A stretch of 64,000 nucleotides of DNA, taken from contig JAZDKB010000027.1 in NCBI GenBank assembly GCA_043803405.1, positions 48,536 through 112,535 on the forward strand. The letters are read 5' to 3'. Position 1 is the first letter of the stretch; every line of letters starts with the position of its first letter. The stretch comes from Spirochaetota bacterium (lineage in GTDB: Bacteria > Spirochaetota > UBA4802 > JAFGDQ01). Below are positions 1 to 9,056 of this stretch, piece after piece. The notes under the pieces were generated by a model. That model was not told where the DNA came from. It ran no database searches and was given only the letters and a program-made list of their open reading frames with translations. A program made the position numbers and the translations under genes.

Positions 1-550
1 CAGCTTCAGAGGTTACAAGGACTTTTTTTTCCGGTATATAGTAGCTCATCAGATCGCGGGTATGGCCGGGCGTAGCAATGACTTCAATAGTATTATTCCC
101 TGCAAATTTTATTACCTGCCCGTCATAAACCGTCAGGTCGATTGTAAAAGGCCGGAATTCTTCGTGCAGGACAAGGGAGGGATTGACTGTTACAGTAGAG
201 GCAATGATTGACTCCGCGTATCTGTTTAAATCCGTCATAAGTTTTTGAGCGCTGTTTCTTGAAAGAATTTCACGCGCTTTCCCGGATGCTGCAACCATGA
301 GCGAAGGGAAAATGCTTTTAAGATAACTGACAGCGCCGCAGTGATCCCAGTGTACATGCGTTATAAACAGGTATTTCGGCTGGCGTTCGCCGAGTATTGC
401 TCTGATTTCGTTTTCGTACAGTTTTCCTGCTGCTGTTACACCGGCTTCAAATATAACCGGCTCCGGGCCGTCAAAAAGATATGCGGGGAAGTGGGCATCC
501 CCGAGGACGTAAAAGTTTTCTGCAACCAGGCCGGTATTGCTAAAGATCAT
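1..550 (-). CDS. MBL-fold metallo-hydrolase (runs off the left edge; not in the ORF track)
   Basis: Own translation from ATG at 550: MIFSNTGLVAENFYVLG...LFITHVHWDHCGAV...ATPGHTRD, with HxHxDH and TPGH motifs. Confidence 0.85.
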   Translation of the reverse strand, partial: MIFSNTGLVAENFYVLGDAHFPAYLFDGPEPVIFEAGVTAAGKLYENEIRAILGERQPKYLFITHVHWDHCGAVSYLKSIFPSLMVAASGKAREILSRNSAQKLMTDLNRYAESIIASTVTVNPSLVLHEEFRPFTIDLTVYDGQVIKFAGNNTIEVIATPGHTRDLMSYYIPEKKVLVTSEA

Positions 551-809
551 ACTGATAATCCGTTTTTCCAAACAATAAAATCAGCCATATTAAAGTTAAT
601 ATAAAATTAAATTTTTATTGTATTAACATGGTGATTTTATTATTTGTCTTACTTTATATTCAGCAAATATATTTTTCGGAATAATCGATTCATTAAAATA
701 AATTGTTAATATTATCAAAGAGTCAAGGAAAAAATCCCGTATTTTTAAAGGCCGGATAAATTGCTTGTTAAATAATATTTAGTGGAATATTATTGCAATC
801 GAGGTTGAG

Positions 810-1712
810 ATGAAAAATAACAATTCTTCTCCTGCAAAAATAGTATGGATACCGATAGCTGCGTCCGTTATAACTATTATACTGAAATCTGTTGCTTTTT
901 ATATTACTGGCTCCGTAGGACTGCTGTCGGATGCCATGGAGTCGTTCATTAATTTAACTGCAAGCGTTGTAGCCATGATAGCTTTAACAATTGCATGCAG
1001 GCCGCCGGACAAGCAGCATCCATTCGGGCATCATAAAGCGGAATATTTTTCAAGCATACTTGAGGGCGTATTGATTATTATTGCCGCGATAGCTATCGGC
1101 GTCACTTCGATAGAACGGCTGATCAACCCGCACATACTGGAAAAACTTAACCTCGGCCTGCTTATCTCGGCCGGAGCTTCAATAATAAATTTTGTAACAG
1201 CAAGAATATTATTCAGAGCAGGGAGGAAGTATAATTCGATCACTCTTGAAGCTGACGCCCAGCATTTGATGACCGATGTATGGACAACAGGCGGCGTTCT
1301 GGCCGGCTTGTTGCTGATTGAAATTACGGGATTTTCCTGGCTTGATCCTGTTATCGCCATTGCGGTGGCCGTGAATATTGTTTATACAGGCATAAAATTA
1401 ATTATCCGGTCGGTTTCCGGTTTTATGGATACGGCGTTAACAGAGGCGGAACTGGATGCTGTTAAAGCGATTCTTGAAAAATATAAAAAAACCGGGATCA
1501 GCTACCACGCGTTATATACGAGAAAATCCTCGGCCATGAATTTTATTACCTTGCATTTGCTGATGCCCGGAGACTGGACGGTTTCAAAAGGACATAAAAT
1601 AACGAAACAAATCGAAAAGGATATAAAATGCGATTTCCCGAACTCTGATATTTTTATACATCTTGAGCCGTTCAATGATCCGGAATCTTTCGATGATGTG
1701 TTACAGGATTAA
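810..1712 (+). CDS. Cation diffusion facilitator family transporter (FieF-like)
   Basis: TGSVGLLSDAMES, PPDKQHPFGHHKAEY and ADAQHLMTD motifs; multiple TM segments; C-terminal IHLEP. Confidence 0.93.
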   Translation: MKNNNSSPAKIVWIPIAASVITIILKSVAFYITGSVGLLSDAMESFINLTASVVAMIALTIACRPPDKQHPFGHHKAEYFSSILEGVLIIIAAIAIGVTSIERLINPHILEKLNLGLLISAGASIINFVTARILFRAGRKYNSITLEADAQHLMTDVWTTGGVLAGLLLIEITGFSWLDPVIAIAVAVNIVYTGIKLIIRSVSGFMDTALTEAELDAVKAILEKYKKTGISYHALYTRKSSAMNFITLHLLMPGDWTVSKGHKITKQIEKDIKCDFPNSDIFIHLEPFNDPESFDDVLQD

Positions 1713-1755
1713 TTTTATAAATCCTAACCCGATAGTAGTCGGAACTAAATGTAAT

Positions 1756-1781
1756 CTCTGTGCCCACTGTGTCTCTGTGGC
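1756..1781. repeat. Intergenic repeat, CTCTGTG...GTCTCTGTGG family (right arm only)
   Basis: ctctgtgcccactgtgtctctgtggc resembles the copies at 52027-52051 and 53343-53367. Confidence 0.65.
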
Positions 1782-1824
1782 AAAAATCATCCTTTGTAAG
1801 CACGCACATTTGTGTCGGGCTGTA

Positions 1825-2625
1825 CTAAGATATCAGATGCTTTGATAGCTTGTAAAAAGCCCGTTTTAAAGATGGCAGTCCGAACGCGAATCTTGACAGA
1901 ACGCCGTATATCTCCTTCCTGTTTTCCGCTCTCTTTGCCTTTATGGGAGCCGGATTTTTTTCGAGGCCGAATTTGTCAGGGCTGTCTTTCAGAATAGTAA
2001 TGACATGCAAGCCGCCGAATTCTTCAAGGCCGTATATGCTTGCGTTCGGGAATTCGTTTTTGACTGCCTTAAGCCTTTTCTTTGCGTTTGCCGCAATCTT
2101 AAGCCTGTAATCGAATGTCAGCGCGTCGGACGGGCAAACGCTTACGCATGCAGGCACATCCCTTGTTTTTTCAGTGCAAGCGTGGCATTTATATGCTTTG
2201 TTTTTATTAATAAATCTGCCGGTTCCGTATTCGTTGTAATCCCTGTCCGCAACATGGGGCACTCCGTAAATGCACGCTTTTTCGCATTCCCTGCAGCCTA
2301 TGCATTTCTCCCTGTCGATTACAACCCAGTAGTCGTTTTTATAAACCGCATCAGCCGGGCATACTGTCCGGCAGTTCGGCACTTCGCAGTGAAAACATTT
2401 TTTATGCATCATCTGAAAAACGATTCGGTCAGAGGCCGGAATTTCCATTTTTTGAATTATTACATGATTAAAAGTAATGGCGGATAAGGATTCCGGGCAT
2501 GTGTATTCTTTCGGAAAAGACGGTTTTTCTTCAGCAGGCAGATTATTCCATTGCTTGCACGCGGCCTGGCAGGCCTTGCATCCTGTGCATTTTGTCGTGT
2601 CGACAAGAAAAGCTTTGTCAGCCAT
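1825..2625 (-). CDS. Formate dehydrogenase-like beta subunit, 4x[4Fe-4S] (FdhB/FdnH family)
   Basis: DTTKCTGCKACQAACKQWN; 16 Cys in four ferredoxin-type groups; starts 1 nt after the alpha-subunit stop. Confidence 0.92.
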   Translation of the reverse strand: MADKAFLVDTTKCTGCKACQAACKQWNNLPAEEKPSFPKEYTCPESLSAITFNHVIIQKMEIPASDRIVFQMMHKKCFHCEVPNCRTVCPADAVYKNDYWVVIDREKCIGCRECEKACIYGVPHVADRDYNEYGTGRFINKNKAYKCHACTEKTRDVPACVSVCPSDALTFDYRLKIAANAKKRLKAVKNEFPNASIYGLEEFGGLHVITILKDSPDKFGLEKNPAPIKAKRAENRKEIYGVLSRFAFGLPSLKRAFYKLSKHLIS

Positions 2626-2626
2626 A

Positions 2627-5578
2627 TTATGCCTCCCTGCCTATGTTTACCAGAAACGCTTTGCACTCCGGCGCACCGGAGTTTGCATCTCCGGTGTCGT
2701 GCAGCAGATTAGTATAATTATTTGCAATTGTGGCGCTGGCGGAGTTCATTATTATGCCGACCATCTCTATCTTCCTTCCGTCAATAACAATCGGCCGCAT
2801 TCTTTCCGTTACAAGGCAATACGCGGTCAGTTTTCCCCTTTGGGACCTGACATATATTTTATCGCCGTTTTTAATCCCCCTGGAATCCGCAAGCGATTTG
2901 CTTATTTCACAGTAAACATCAGGGGCAAGTTCGGAAAGCCAGGTGAGATTTTTAGTCATAAGACCGGCCTGCCATCCTTCGGCCATGTTAAATGCACTCG
3001 CGATATACGGATAAGCAGCATTGTTCCCCATGTTTCGTCTAAGTAAAGCGCTTACAGGGCTGGAGCCTGCTGTGTTAAGAATGTTGTAGGCAGGGCTTTC
3101 CATGGGTTCATAGTGCTCTGGCAGGGGCCCGTCCGCCATATCCATTGCGAACATTTTCCCAACACCTTCATAAAGCATAATGAACGGATTTTTATCCGCA
3201 GGCCCGGACTGCTCCTCCCCGTTGACTGCATCGCCTTCCCACTCGTCATCCCATTCCATCAGCCATTTTTCTTTGTTCCACGGCTTGCCCGACCTGTTAA
3301 CGCCTGCCCTGTTATAAAGTATCCTGCAGTTGCCCGGCCAGCTCCATGCCCATTTAGGATACAGGCCAAGCTTGTTCGGCGCGTCTTTCATTTTTCTTCT
3401 TTCCATCATATTGCCCGAATCCGTAAAGCTGCCGCTATAAAGCCAGTTGCCTGCTGCAGTTGATCCGTCTTCCTTAAGTTTTGTGAAGCCGGGTACGGAC
3501 TTTCTTGTATTAATTTCATAACCGTTTATTTCAATCGCGGTTTTTTTCGGATCAGGATTGGCTTCTTCACCTGCATAATCCCAGTTAGCGCGCAGAATGC
3601 TGTCCGGGAAAGCCGCGTTTTTATCTTCAGCATAAAACATTTTTATCTCTTTAAATATCTTATCATATATCCATAAATCCGGCTTCGCATGTCCCGGAGG
3701 ATTTACGCATTTTAATGACCACTGAACCCATCTTCCTGCATTTGTCAGGCTTCCTGTTTTCTCCGGCAAAATCGCGGAAGGCAGCAAAAACACTTCGGTT
3801 TTTATTCTCTCGGGCTTTGCGCCCTGCCTTTTCCAGAACGCGGCGCTTTCCGATTCAAATACATCGGTTGCAACCATCCATTCCAGATTCTCCATGGAAC
3901 CGGCTTTCCCTCCCGCATCCTGCGAGTTCATTAATGGGTTCGCGCCTGCGAGCAAAAGCCCGCTTATTTTGCCTTTGCGCATGTCGTCAAACATAGCATT
4001 CCTGCTGACAGGCCTGCCTGTTTTCGGCAGCCAGTGAAAACAATAATCATTTTCTTTTGTAGCGGTTTCGCCGTAAAAGGATTTCAGCAGATTTATTATT
4101 TGGATATTTCTGGTGCTTAAAATGTTTACGCTCATGGGATTATTCGAAACCGGCGTCGTGTCTTTCAGGTACGATTCAAGCGTAGAATGTTCATCTGCCT
4201 TTGGCGCAGTAAGATACCCGGGGAGAAAATCGGGCTGGAGCCCGTGGTCGTCCGCGCCCTGGCTGTTTGCTCCGTTCCGCAACGCATACAGCCCGCCGCC
4301 CGCAATGCCTATATTGCCCATCAGCATCTGGAGAATTGCGTATGCCCTCACATTCTGCGCACCGACAGTATGCTGCGTGGAACCTGAAGAGAACACAATG
4401 GAACCGGCTTTTTCGTTTTTATATGTCGAAGTATATGTTTCCGCTATCTTTAAAAAAGTTTCTGCAGGGCAGCCTGTAACGCGTGAAACAACATCCGGTG
4501 TGTATCTGGAAAAATGAGCATTGAGTATCTGGAATACAGTATACTGATTTTTCAGGGTTTTATCCATTCTTGGAACGCCTTTTCTGTCTTTCTCATAATC
4601 CCACGCTTCATTATTGTATTTCCCTGCGTTAAAGCCGTTAAAATATCCGTTTTGAAAATGATACTGCGGATTAACCATGAAGGCTGCATTTGTATATTCC
4701 AGTAAATATTCCTTGTTTATTCTGTTGTTTTTAAGGGCGTAGTTTATTATGCCCCCTATGAAGGCTATATCGGTTCCGGGACGAAGAGGAGCGTGCATAT
4801 CTGCAAAGGACGATGTTCTTGTGCAGCGTGGATCGGCGAGTATGATCCTCCCGCCTTTTTCCTTCGCCTTTAACATAAAGCGCACTGAAACAGGATGAGA
4901 CTCGGCAGGGTTGCTCCCGATAATAAGGATAACGTCCGAGTGCTGAACATCGATCCAGTGATTTGTCATTGCGCCGTAACCGAACGTGTTCGCTAGCGCT
5001 GTGTCTGCAGCAGAATGAGATAAATCGGATTCGTTCCGGACATTTGCAATGCCCAGAACACGGGACATTTTTGAGAGCAGATAATATTCTTCATTGTTTA
5101 AATATGACCCGGCGAAAACAGCCATCCCGTCTGTTCTGTTAACCGTGTTCTTGCCTTCGTATTCAACGAAAGTTTTATCCCTTGTTTTTTTAATGTTTTC
5201 CGCAATTTTTTTTATTGCTGCTTCCCATGAAATCTCCTTCCATTCCGGAGCAAAAGGAGCCCTGTGCAATACTTTAGTGAGCCTTTTTTCGTTTACGCTT
5301 AGCTGGAAAGCGGCGCTGCCTTTTGCGCACAGCCTGCCATTATTGATCGGGTGGCTTTCATCGCCTTCAATATTTATTATTTTATTGTTTTTTACTGAAA
5401 CCTTGATTCCGCATCCCATGCTGCAGAATGGACAAATGCTGTTTAAATTGCTTGTTCCTTTAAGCTTGTCGATCGCCAGTTTGCAGCCGCTTAACAAAGA
5501 TAATGATATGCTGCTGAAAAAAGCAGCGGCTGATGCCGTGCCGGATAATTTCAGAAAATTTCTTCTGGTAATTTTCAT
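2627..5578 (-). CDS. Formate dehydrogenase-N/FdhA-like molybdopterin oxidoreductase alpha subunit with an atypical active site (Ser in place of Sec/Cys)
   Basis: Tat motif TRRNFLK; CPFCSMGC...LCAKG [4Fe-4S] site; GAMTNHW, GSNPAESHP, DPRCTRTS, TQHTVGAQN and PLPEHYEP motifs colinear with FdhA/FdnG. Confidence 0.9.
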   Translation of the reverse strand: MKITRRNFLKLSGTASAAAFFSSISLSLLSGCKLAIDKLKGTSNLNSICPFCSMGCGIKVSVKNNKIINIEGDESHPINNGRLCAKGSAAFQLSVNEKRLTKVLHRAPFAPEWKEISWEAAIKKIAENIKKTRDKTFVEYEGKNTVNRTDGMAVFAGSYLNNEEYYLLSKMSRVLGIANVRNESDLSHSAADTALANTFGYGAMTNHWIDVQHSDVILIIGSNPAESHPVSVRFMLKAKEKGGRIILADPRCTRTSSFADMHAPLRPGTDIAFIGGIINYALKNNRINKEYLLEYTNAAFMVNPQYHFQNGYFNGFNAGKYNNEAWDYEKDRKGVPRMDKTLKNQYTVFQILNAHFSRYTPDVVSRVTGCPAETFLKIAETYTSTYKNEKAGSIVFSSGSTQHTVGAQNVRAYAILQMLMGNIGIAGGGLYALRNGANSQGADDHGLQPDFLPGYLTAPKADEHSTLESYLKDTTPVSNNPMSVNILSTRNIQIINLLKSFYGETATKENDYCFHWLPKTGRPVSRNAMFDDMRKGKISGLLLAGANPLMNSQDAGGKAGSMENLEWMVATDVFESESAAFWKRQGAKPERIKTEVFLLPSAILPEKTGSLTNAGRWVQWSLKCVNPPGHAKPDLWIYDKIFKEIKMFYAEDKNAAFPDSILRANWDYAGEEANPDPKKTAIEINGYEINTRKSVPGFTKLKEDGSTAAGNWLYSGSFTDSGNMMERRKMKDAPNKLGLYPKWAWSWPGNCRILYNRAGVNRSGKPWNKEKWLMEWDDEWEGDAVNGEEQSGPADKNPFIMLYEGVGKMFAMDMADGPLPEHYEPMESPAYNILNTAGSSPVSALLRRNMGNNAAYPYIASAFNMAEGWQAGLMTKNLTWLSELAPDVYCEISKSLADSRGIKNGDKIYVRSQRGKLTAYCLVTERMRPIVIDGRKIEMVGIIMNSASATIANNYTNLLHDTGDANSGAPECKAFLVNIGREA

Positions 5579-5825
5579 GGGCTATACTCTCCGGAAAGAA
5601 TTAAAAGTACTTATGTTATGTTTTTTTTGTATGTCAATAAAATATTTATAATGAATGCTTAAATAAAATCGGATTCGGTTTAATTTTCCTTGACAAGGGC
5701 GGGTTTTCTGTTTATGTATAAGTGAAGTAATTAAAATTTTATGCTTATATTGTCGTACCGCATCCATACAGGAAAAATGTTTAACTGCAGCTTTGCTGCT
5801 GAGTACAAAATTATTAGGAGGAGTT

Positions 5826-6110
5826 ATGAAAATATTTAATTCATTTTTGATAATTTTAATTTCAGCTGTCTTTTTAGTTTCGTGTCAGCCCGGCAATAAG
5901 ACTATGACACCTGAAGATTTTTTAAAGATTGAGAACGAGTATCTTAATTCTGATTTAAAGCCCGAATCGAAGGAAGCTGCTGCAAAGAAATACGGATATA
6001 CGCTGAAATCATTTACCGAGTTTGAAGAGAAAGTTGACAAAGATCCGGCTCTGAAGAAAAAAGTAGGCGAAGTTAGATTAAATCTGCAAAAGAAAGACGG
6101 AAAAAAATAA
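5826..6110 (+). CDS. Small hypothetical lipoprotein
   Basis: AGGAGG before ATG 5826; hydrophobic leader ending FLVSC. Confidence 0.75.
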   Translation: MKIFNSFLIILISAVFLVSCQPGNKTMTPEDFLKIENEYLNSDLKPESKEAAAKKYGYTLKSFTEFEEKVDKDPALKKKVGEVRLNLQKKDGKK

Positions 6111-6125
6111 ATCCTGCGATATATT

Positions 6126-6151
6126 GAATAAGGGGCTGCGGCCCCTTATTC
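6126..6151. terminator. Hairpin between convergent genes, probable bidirectional terminator
   Basis: Perfect 11-bp stem GAATAAGGGGC-tgcg-GCCCCTTATTC. Confidence 0.75.
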
Positions 6152-6207
6152 TAATTAATCCACGAAAAAAATATCTGCTCACAGGAAAACAATATAGAGA
6201 ATAATAA

Positions 6208-7068
6208 TTACGCATTATTTTTCTTTTCTATAAAATCCTTTAAAAATGCTGCCGCGTTTTCGCCGAAAATATTTTTTTTATCTTCCTCATTATTTATTTT
6301 GCTTTCGATCGAATCGAAATACCGCTTAAAGTCGATCAGCGGATAATCGCTGCCGAATAATATTTTCCGTGAACCGGTTATCCTTACGGCAATATCGAAT
6401 ATATCGTCATTATACAGATAATGAGAGGCTGCCGTATCATAATAAATATTTTTAAATACAGTCCGGACATTGTTGTTCAGTTCGTAAAAAAGCAGTCCTC
6501 CGCCCCAGTGAGCAAGTATAATGGTGAGGCCCGGGAAATCCTTTATAATAGAGTACAGTACGGACAGGTCGGTGCAGTGTTTTCCGGTGTAATCATTGCC
6601 TACAGGCTCGCTCACATGCAGGCAAACAGGAAGGCTATGTTTCAATGCAGAGGCAAAGACTTCCTGTAAAATATCTGCGTTCTTGTATGTTAATCCCTCA
6701 TTGTAAAATGCGATTTCTCCAATGCCTGCAAGGCCGATCTCTTTTATGTATCCTGCCCAGTCATCGGACTGATGTTTTCCGGTTAATGGTATTGAGCCGA
6801 ACGGGATTATCCGCCTGTTTGACTCATTCATCGCCTTAACAAAATATTTATTCTGTTTTTCGCAGTATTTTTCTTTTTCCCACGGGAAGCCCATTGCAAC
6901 TGCATAATCGATGTTCAGCTCAGCCATGGACTTTAAAAGGCTGTTATGGTCGATCACTTTCGAGTTTTCTCCGGAATAAAGCAGAGAGAACGACATATCG
7001 TCAAGATAAGCTGAACGGTTTTCTGTTACAGGGGAGTCGAAAATATGAGTGTGGAAATCGATTTTCAT
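6208..7068 (-). CDS. Amidohydrolase family protein (Amidohydro_2)
   Basis: IDFHTH, GIGE, AHWGGG, YYDTAAS and LFGSDYP motifs. Confidence 0.9.
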   Translation of the reverse strand: MKIDFHTHIFDSPVTENRSAYLDDMSFSLLYSGENSKVIDHNSLLKSMAELNIDYAVAMGFPWEKEKYCEKQNKYFVKAMNESNRRIIPFGSIPLTGKHQSDDWAGYIKEIGLAGIGEIAFYNEGLTYKNADILQEVFASALKHSLPVCLHVSEPVGNDYTGKHCTDLSVLYSIIKDFPGLTIILAHWGGGLLFYELNNNVRTVFKNIYYDTAASHYLYNDDIFDIAVRITGSRKILFGSDYPLIDFKRYFDSIESKINNEEDKKNIFGENAAAFLKDFIEKKNNA

Positions 7069-7348
7069 TTTTATTTATTATACGGTTCTAAATTTTTTAG
7101 AAATACTAAAGTTGACTGATTTTTAAATGACATTATTAACTAGTAATAATTCAAAAACTGTGTCAATATCATTTTCCCGTTACAGGAGTTAAATTGCGGC
7201 AGTTCATGGAAGATTAAATGAGTAAATTGCATATGCCGGCTGAAAGCCGGCCGGCGCCAGAGTTTTAAAGAGTTTAACCGGAACTCATCATAAAAATTTG
7301 AATAATATATCCTTAAACCGAAAGCTGATTATTATGAGTAGAAAGCAT

Positions 7349-8902
7349 TCAGTAAATGATCTCCCACCATGCTATCTGGCTGAGATAATAATAATTATCA
7401 TCTGATAACCAGTTTCCCATTGAAGCGCCCAGAATATCCATGTCACCATCGTTGTCTATGTCTGCCGCATCAAGGGAATACGCGGAGTGAAAATGCATAT
7501 TGATTATATGCTCAGTCCATGAGTTGCCGGCTCCGTTTGTGTTCTCCCACCAAATTACCGTATCGCTGTTGCTTGCGGCTGTTGCAATGTCAATGTCGCC
7601 GTCGCCGTCTATATCTTTCGCAATCACAGTACGCCCGCCGTCAAGACTTTCATTATTCACAATGTGTTTTCCCCAGGAGGACGAGTTTGTATTTTCCCAC
7701 CAGCATACATTACTGTTTTCGTATATTCCAAGAGAACTGTTCCATGTTCCGTACGATATGCCGATAATATCAAAATCACCGTCACCGTCAATGTCTGCTG
7801 AATAAACTGCTTCCGCTGTGCTGAAGGTGCCGTCAATTGTATGCTCAGTAAAGTTGTCCTTCCAGTCGACAATCTCCCCTTTTCTGTTTTCCAGCATGGA
7901 GATTTTGCCTTTATTGTTTTCTGTATAGATTATATCGAAGTCCCCGTCTGCGTCAGGATCCGCGATACACAGCCGCGTTATTCCCTTAAAATCAGCTTCA
8001 ATGTTATCTGTGGTCAGTTTATGCTTTGTCCATGCACTCGCATTGCCTGCTGTGTTTTCCCACCAGCTGATCTCGCTGTTTTGTCCGGAATTATAATTGT
8101 CTTCGTAGGACGAGCCTGCAATGTCAAGGTCGCCGTCACCATCCATATCTGCTGCCTGAACAGAATGCGCGCCTGCAAAAGATGCATCGACAGCATGAGG
8201 AGTCCATACATCTTTCCACGAACCGCCGTCTTCCCTGTGGTTTTCCCACCAGTAAATTCCCATGGAGTAAGAGTACGGACCTGCGCTTATAAAGTCAATA
8301 TCGCCGTCACCGTCAATGTCCGCCGGTATTACGGACCAGAAACAAAAAGCGTTTTCTATTATTTTATGCTCAATCCAAGATGTGCCGGTATTTTCAAACC
8401 AGATTATTTCTCCCTCCCAGTATGAAGCAGCTATAATGTCCATATTACCGTCACCATCAACATCTGCTGCAGAAACAGATTTAGCTCCGTCAAAATCGTT
8501 TTTCACTATGCTCATTACAGGGTATCCGACCTTTACTTCAATATAGTTCGACATTACTTTCTCGTCCGAAACCAGCCAGCGGCTTTCCCAAACCTTAAGC
8601 TTAACCGAATAAGTTCCTGCAGTATTATATGTGCAGACCGGGTTCTGTTCAGTAGAGTCAATTATGCCGTCATTATCGAAATCCCATTCCCACGCCGCAA
8701 TATCTCCGAAAGAGTGATCCGTAAACCCGACAGTCAGCCGCGCGTTGCCCTCAGTGCCCGAAGCTGTGAAGTCCGCGGCTACAGCAGGCGAAACAAAGTT
8801 ATCGCTATCCGGATCACTAGAATTGTCCCGCTCCATGTCAAAATAGCAGGAAGCATTTAAAAGCAACAGGGGAATTAGAATTATTTTTTTTAATTTTTTC
8901 AT
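7349..8902 (-). CDS. Lipoprotein: PKD domain plus 7 FG-GAP/VCBS repeats (beta-propeller)
   Basis: Lipobox LNASC; WEWDFDNDG...EQNP...GTYSVKL (PKD); seven ADxDGDGDxD...WWEN repeats. Confidence 0.88.
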   Translation of the reverse strand: MKKLKKIILIPLLLLNASCYFDMERDNSSDPDSDNFVSPAVAADFTASGTEGNARLTVGFTDHSFGDIAAWEWDFDNDGIIDSTEQNPVCTYNTAGTYSVKLKVWESRWLVSDEKVMSNYIEVKVGYPVMSIVKNDFDGAKSVSAADVDGDGNMDIIAASYWEGEIIWFENTGTSWIEHKIIENAFCFWSVIPADIDGDGDIDFISAGPYSYSMGIYWWENHREDGGSWKDVWTPHAVDASFAGAHSVQAADMDGDGDLDIAGSSYEDNYNSGQNSEISWWENTAGNASAWTKHKLTTDNIEADFKGITRLCIADPDADGDFDIIYTENNKGKISMLENRKGEIVDWKDNFTEHTIDGTFSTAEAVYSADIDGDGDFDIIGISYGTWNSSLGIYENSNVCWWENTNSSSWGKHIVNNESLDGGRTVIAKDIDGDGDIDIATAASNSDTVIWWENTNGAGNSWTEHIINMHFHSAYSLDAADIDNDGDMDILGASMGNWLSDDNYYYLSQIAWWEIIY

Positions 8903-8912
8903 ATTGTCTTTT

Positions 8913-8982
8913 GCCCCTCTACCGGACTACTGACGTTCAATACATATAGAAAAACTTCCGGGAGAGGGATAGGGGTGAGGGC
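8913..8982. repeat. CCCTCACCCC...CCCTCTCCC / GGxAGAGGG palindromic intergenic element
   Basis: Minus strand reads gccctcacccctatccctctcccgg...ccggtagaggggc. Confidence 0.55.
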
Positions 8983-9056
8983 ATTTTTTTAATTATTTTA
9001 ATCAATTCACCCAAATTTACATTAACTATCTATGTATTATATATTCCTTTTAACTC

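Noticed and set aside
4981..5040. Selenocysteine recoding or a SECIS element in the FDH-like gene
   Set aside because: The frame has no in-frame TGA; the codon at the ligand position is TCT
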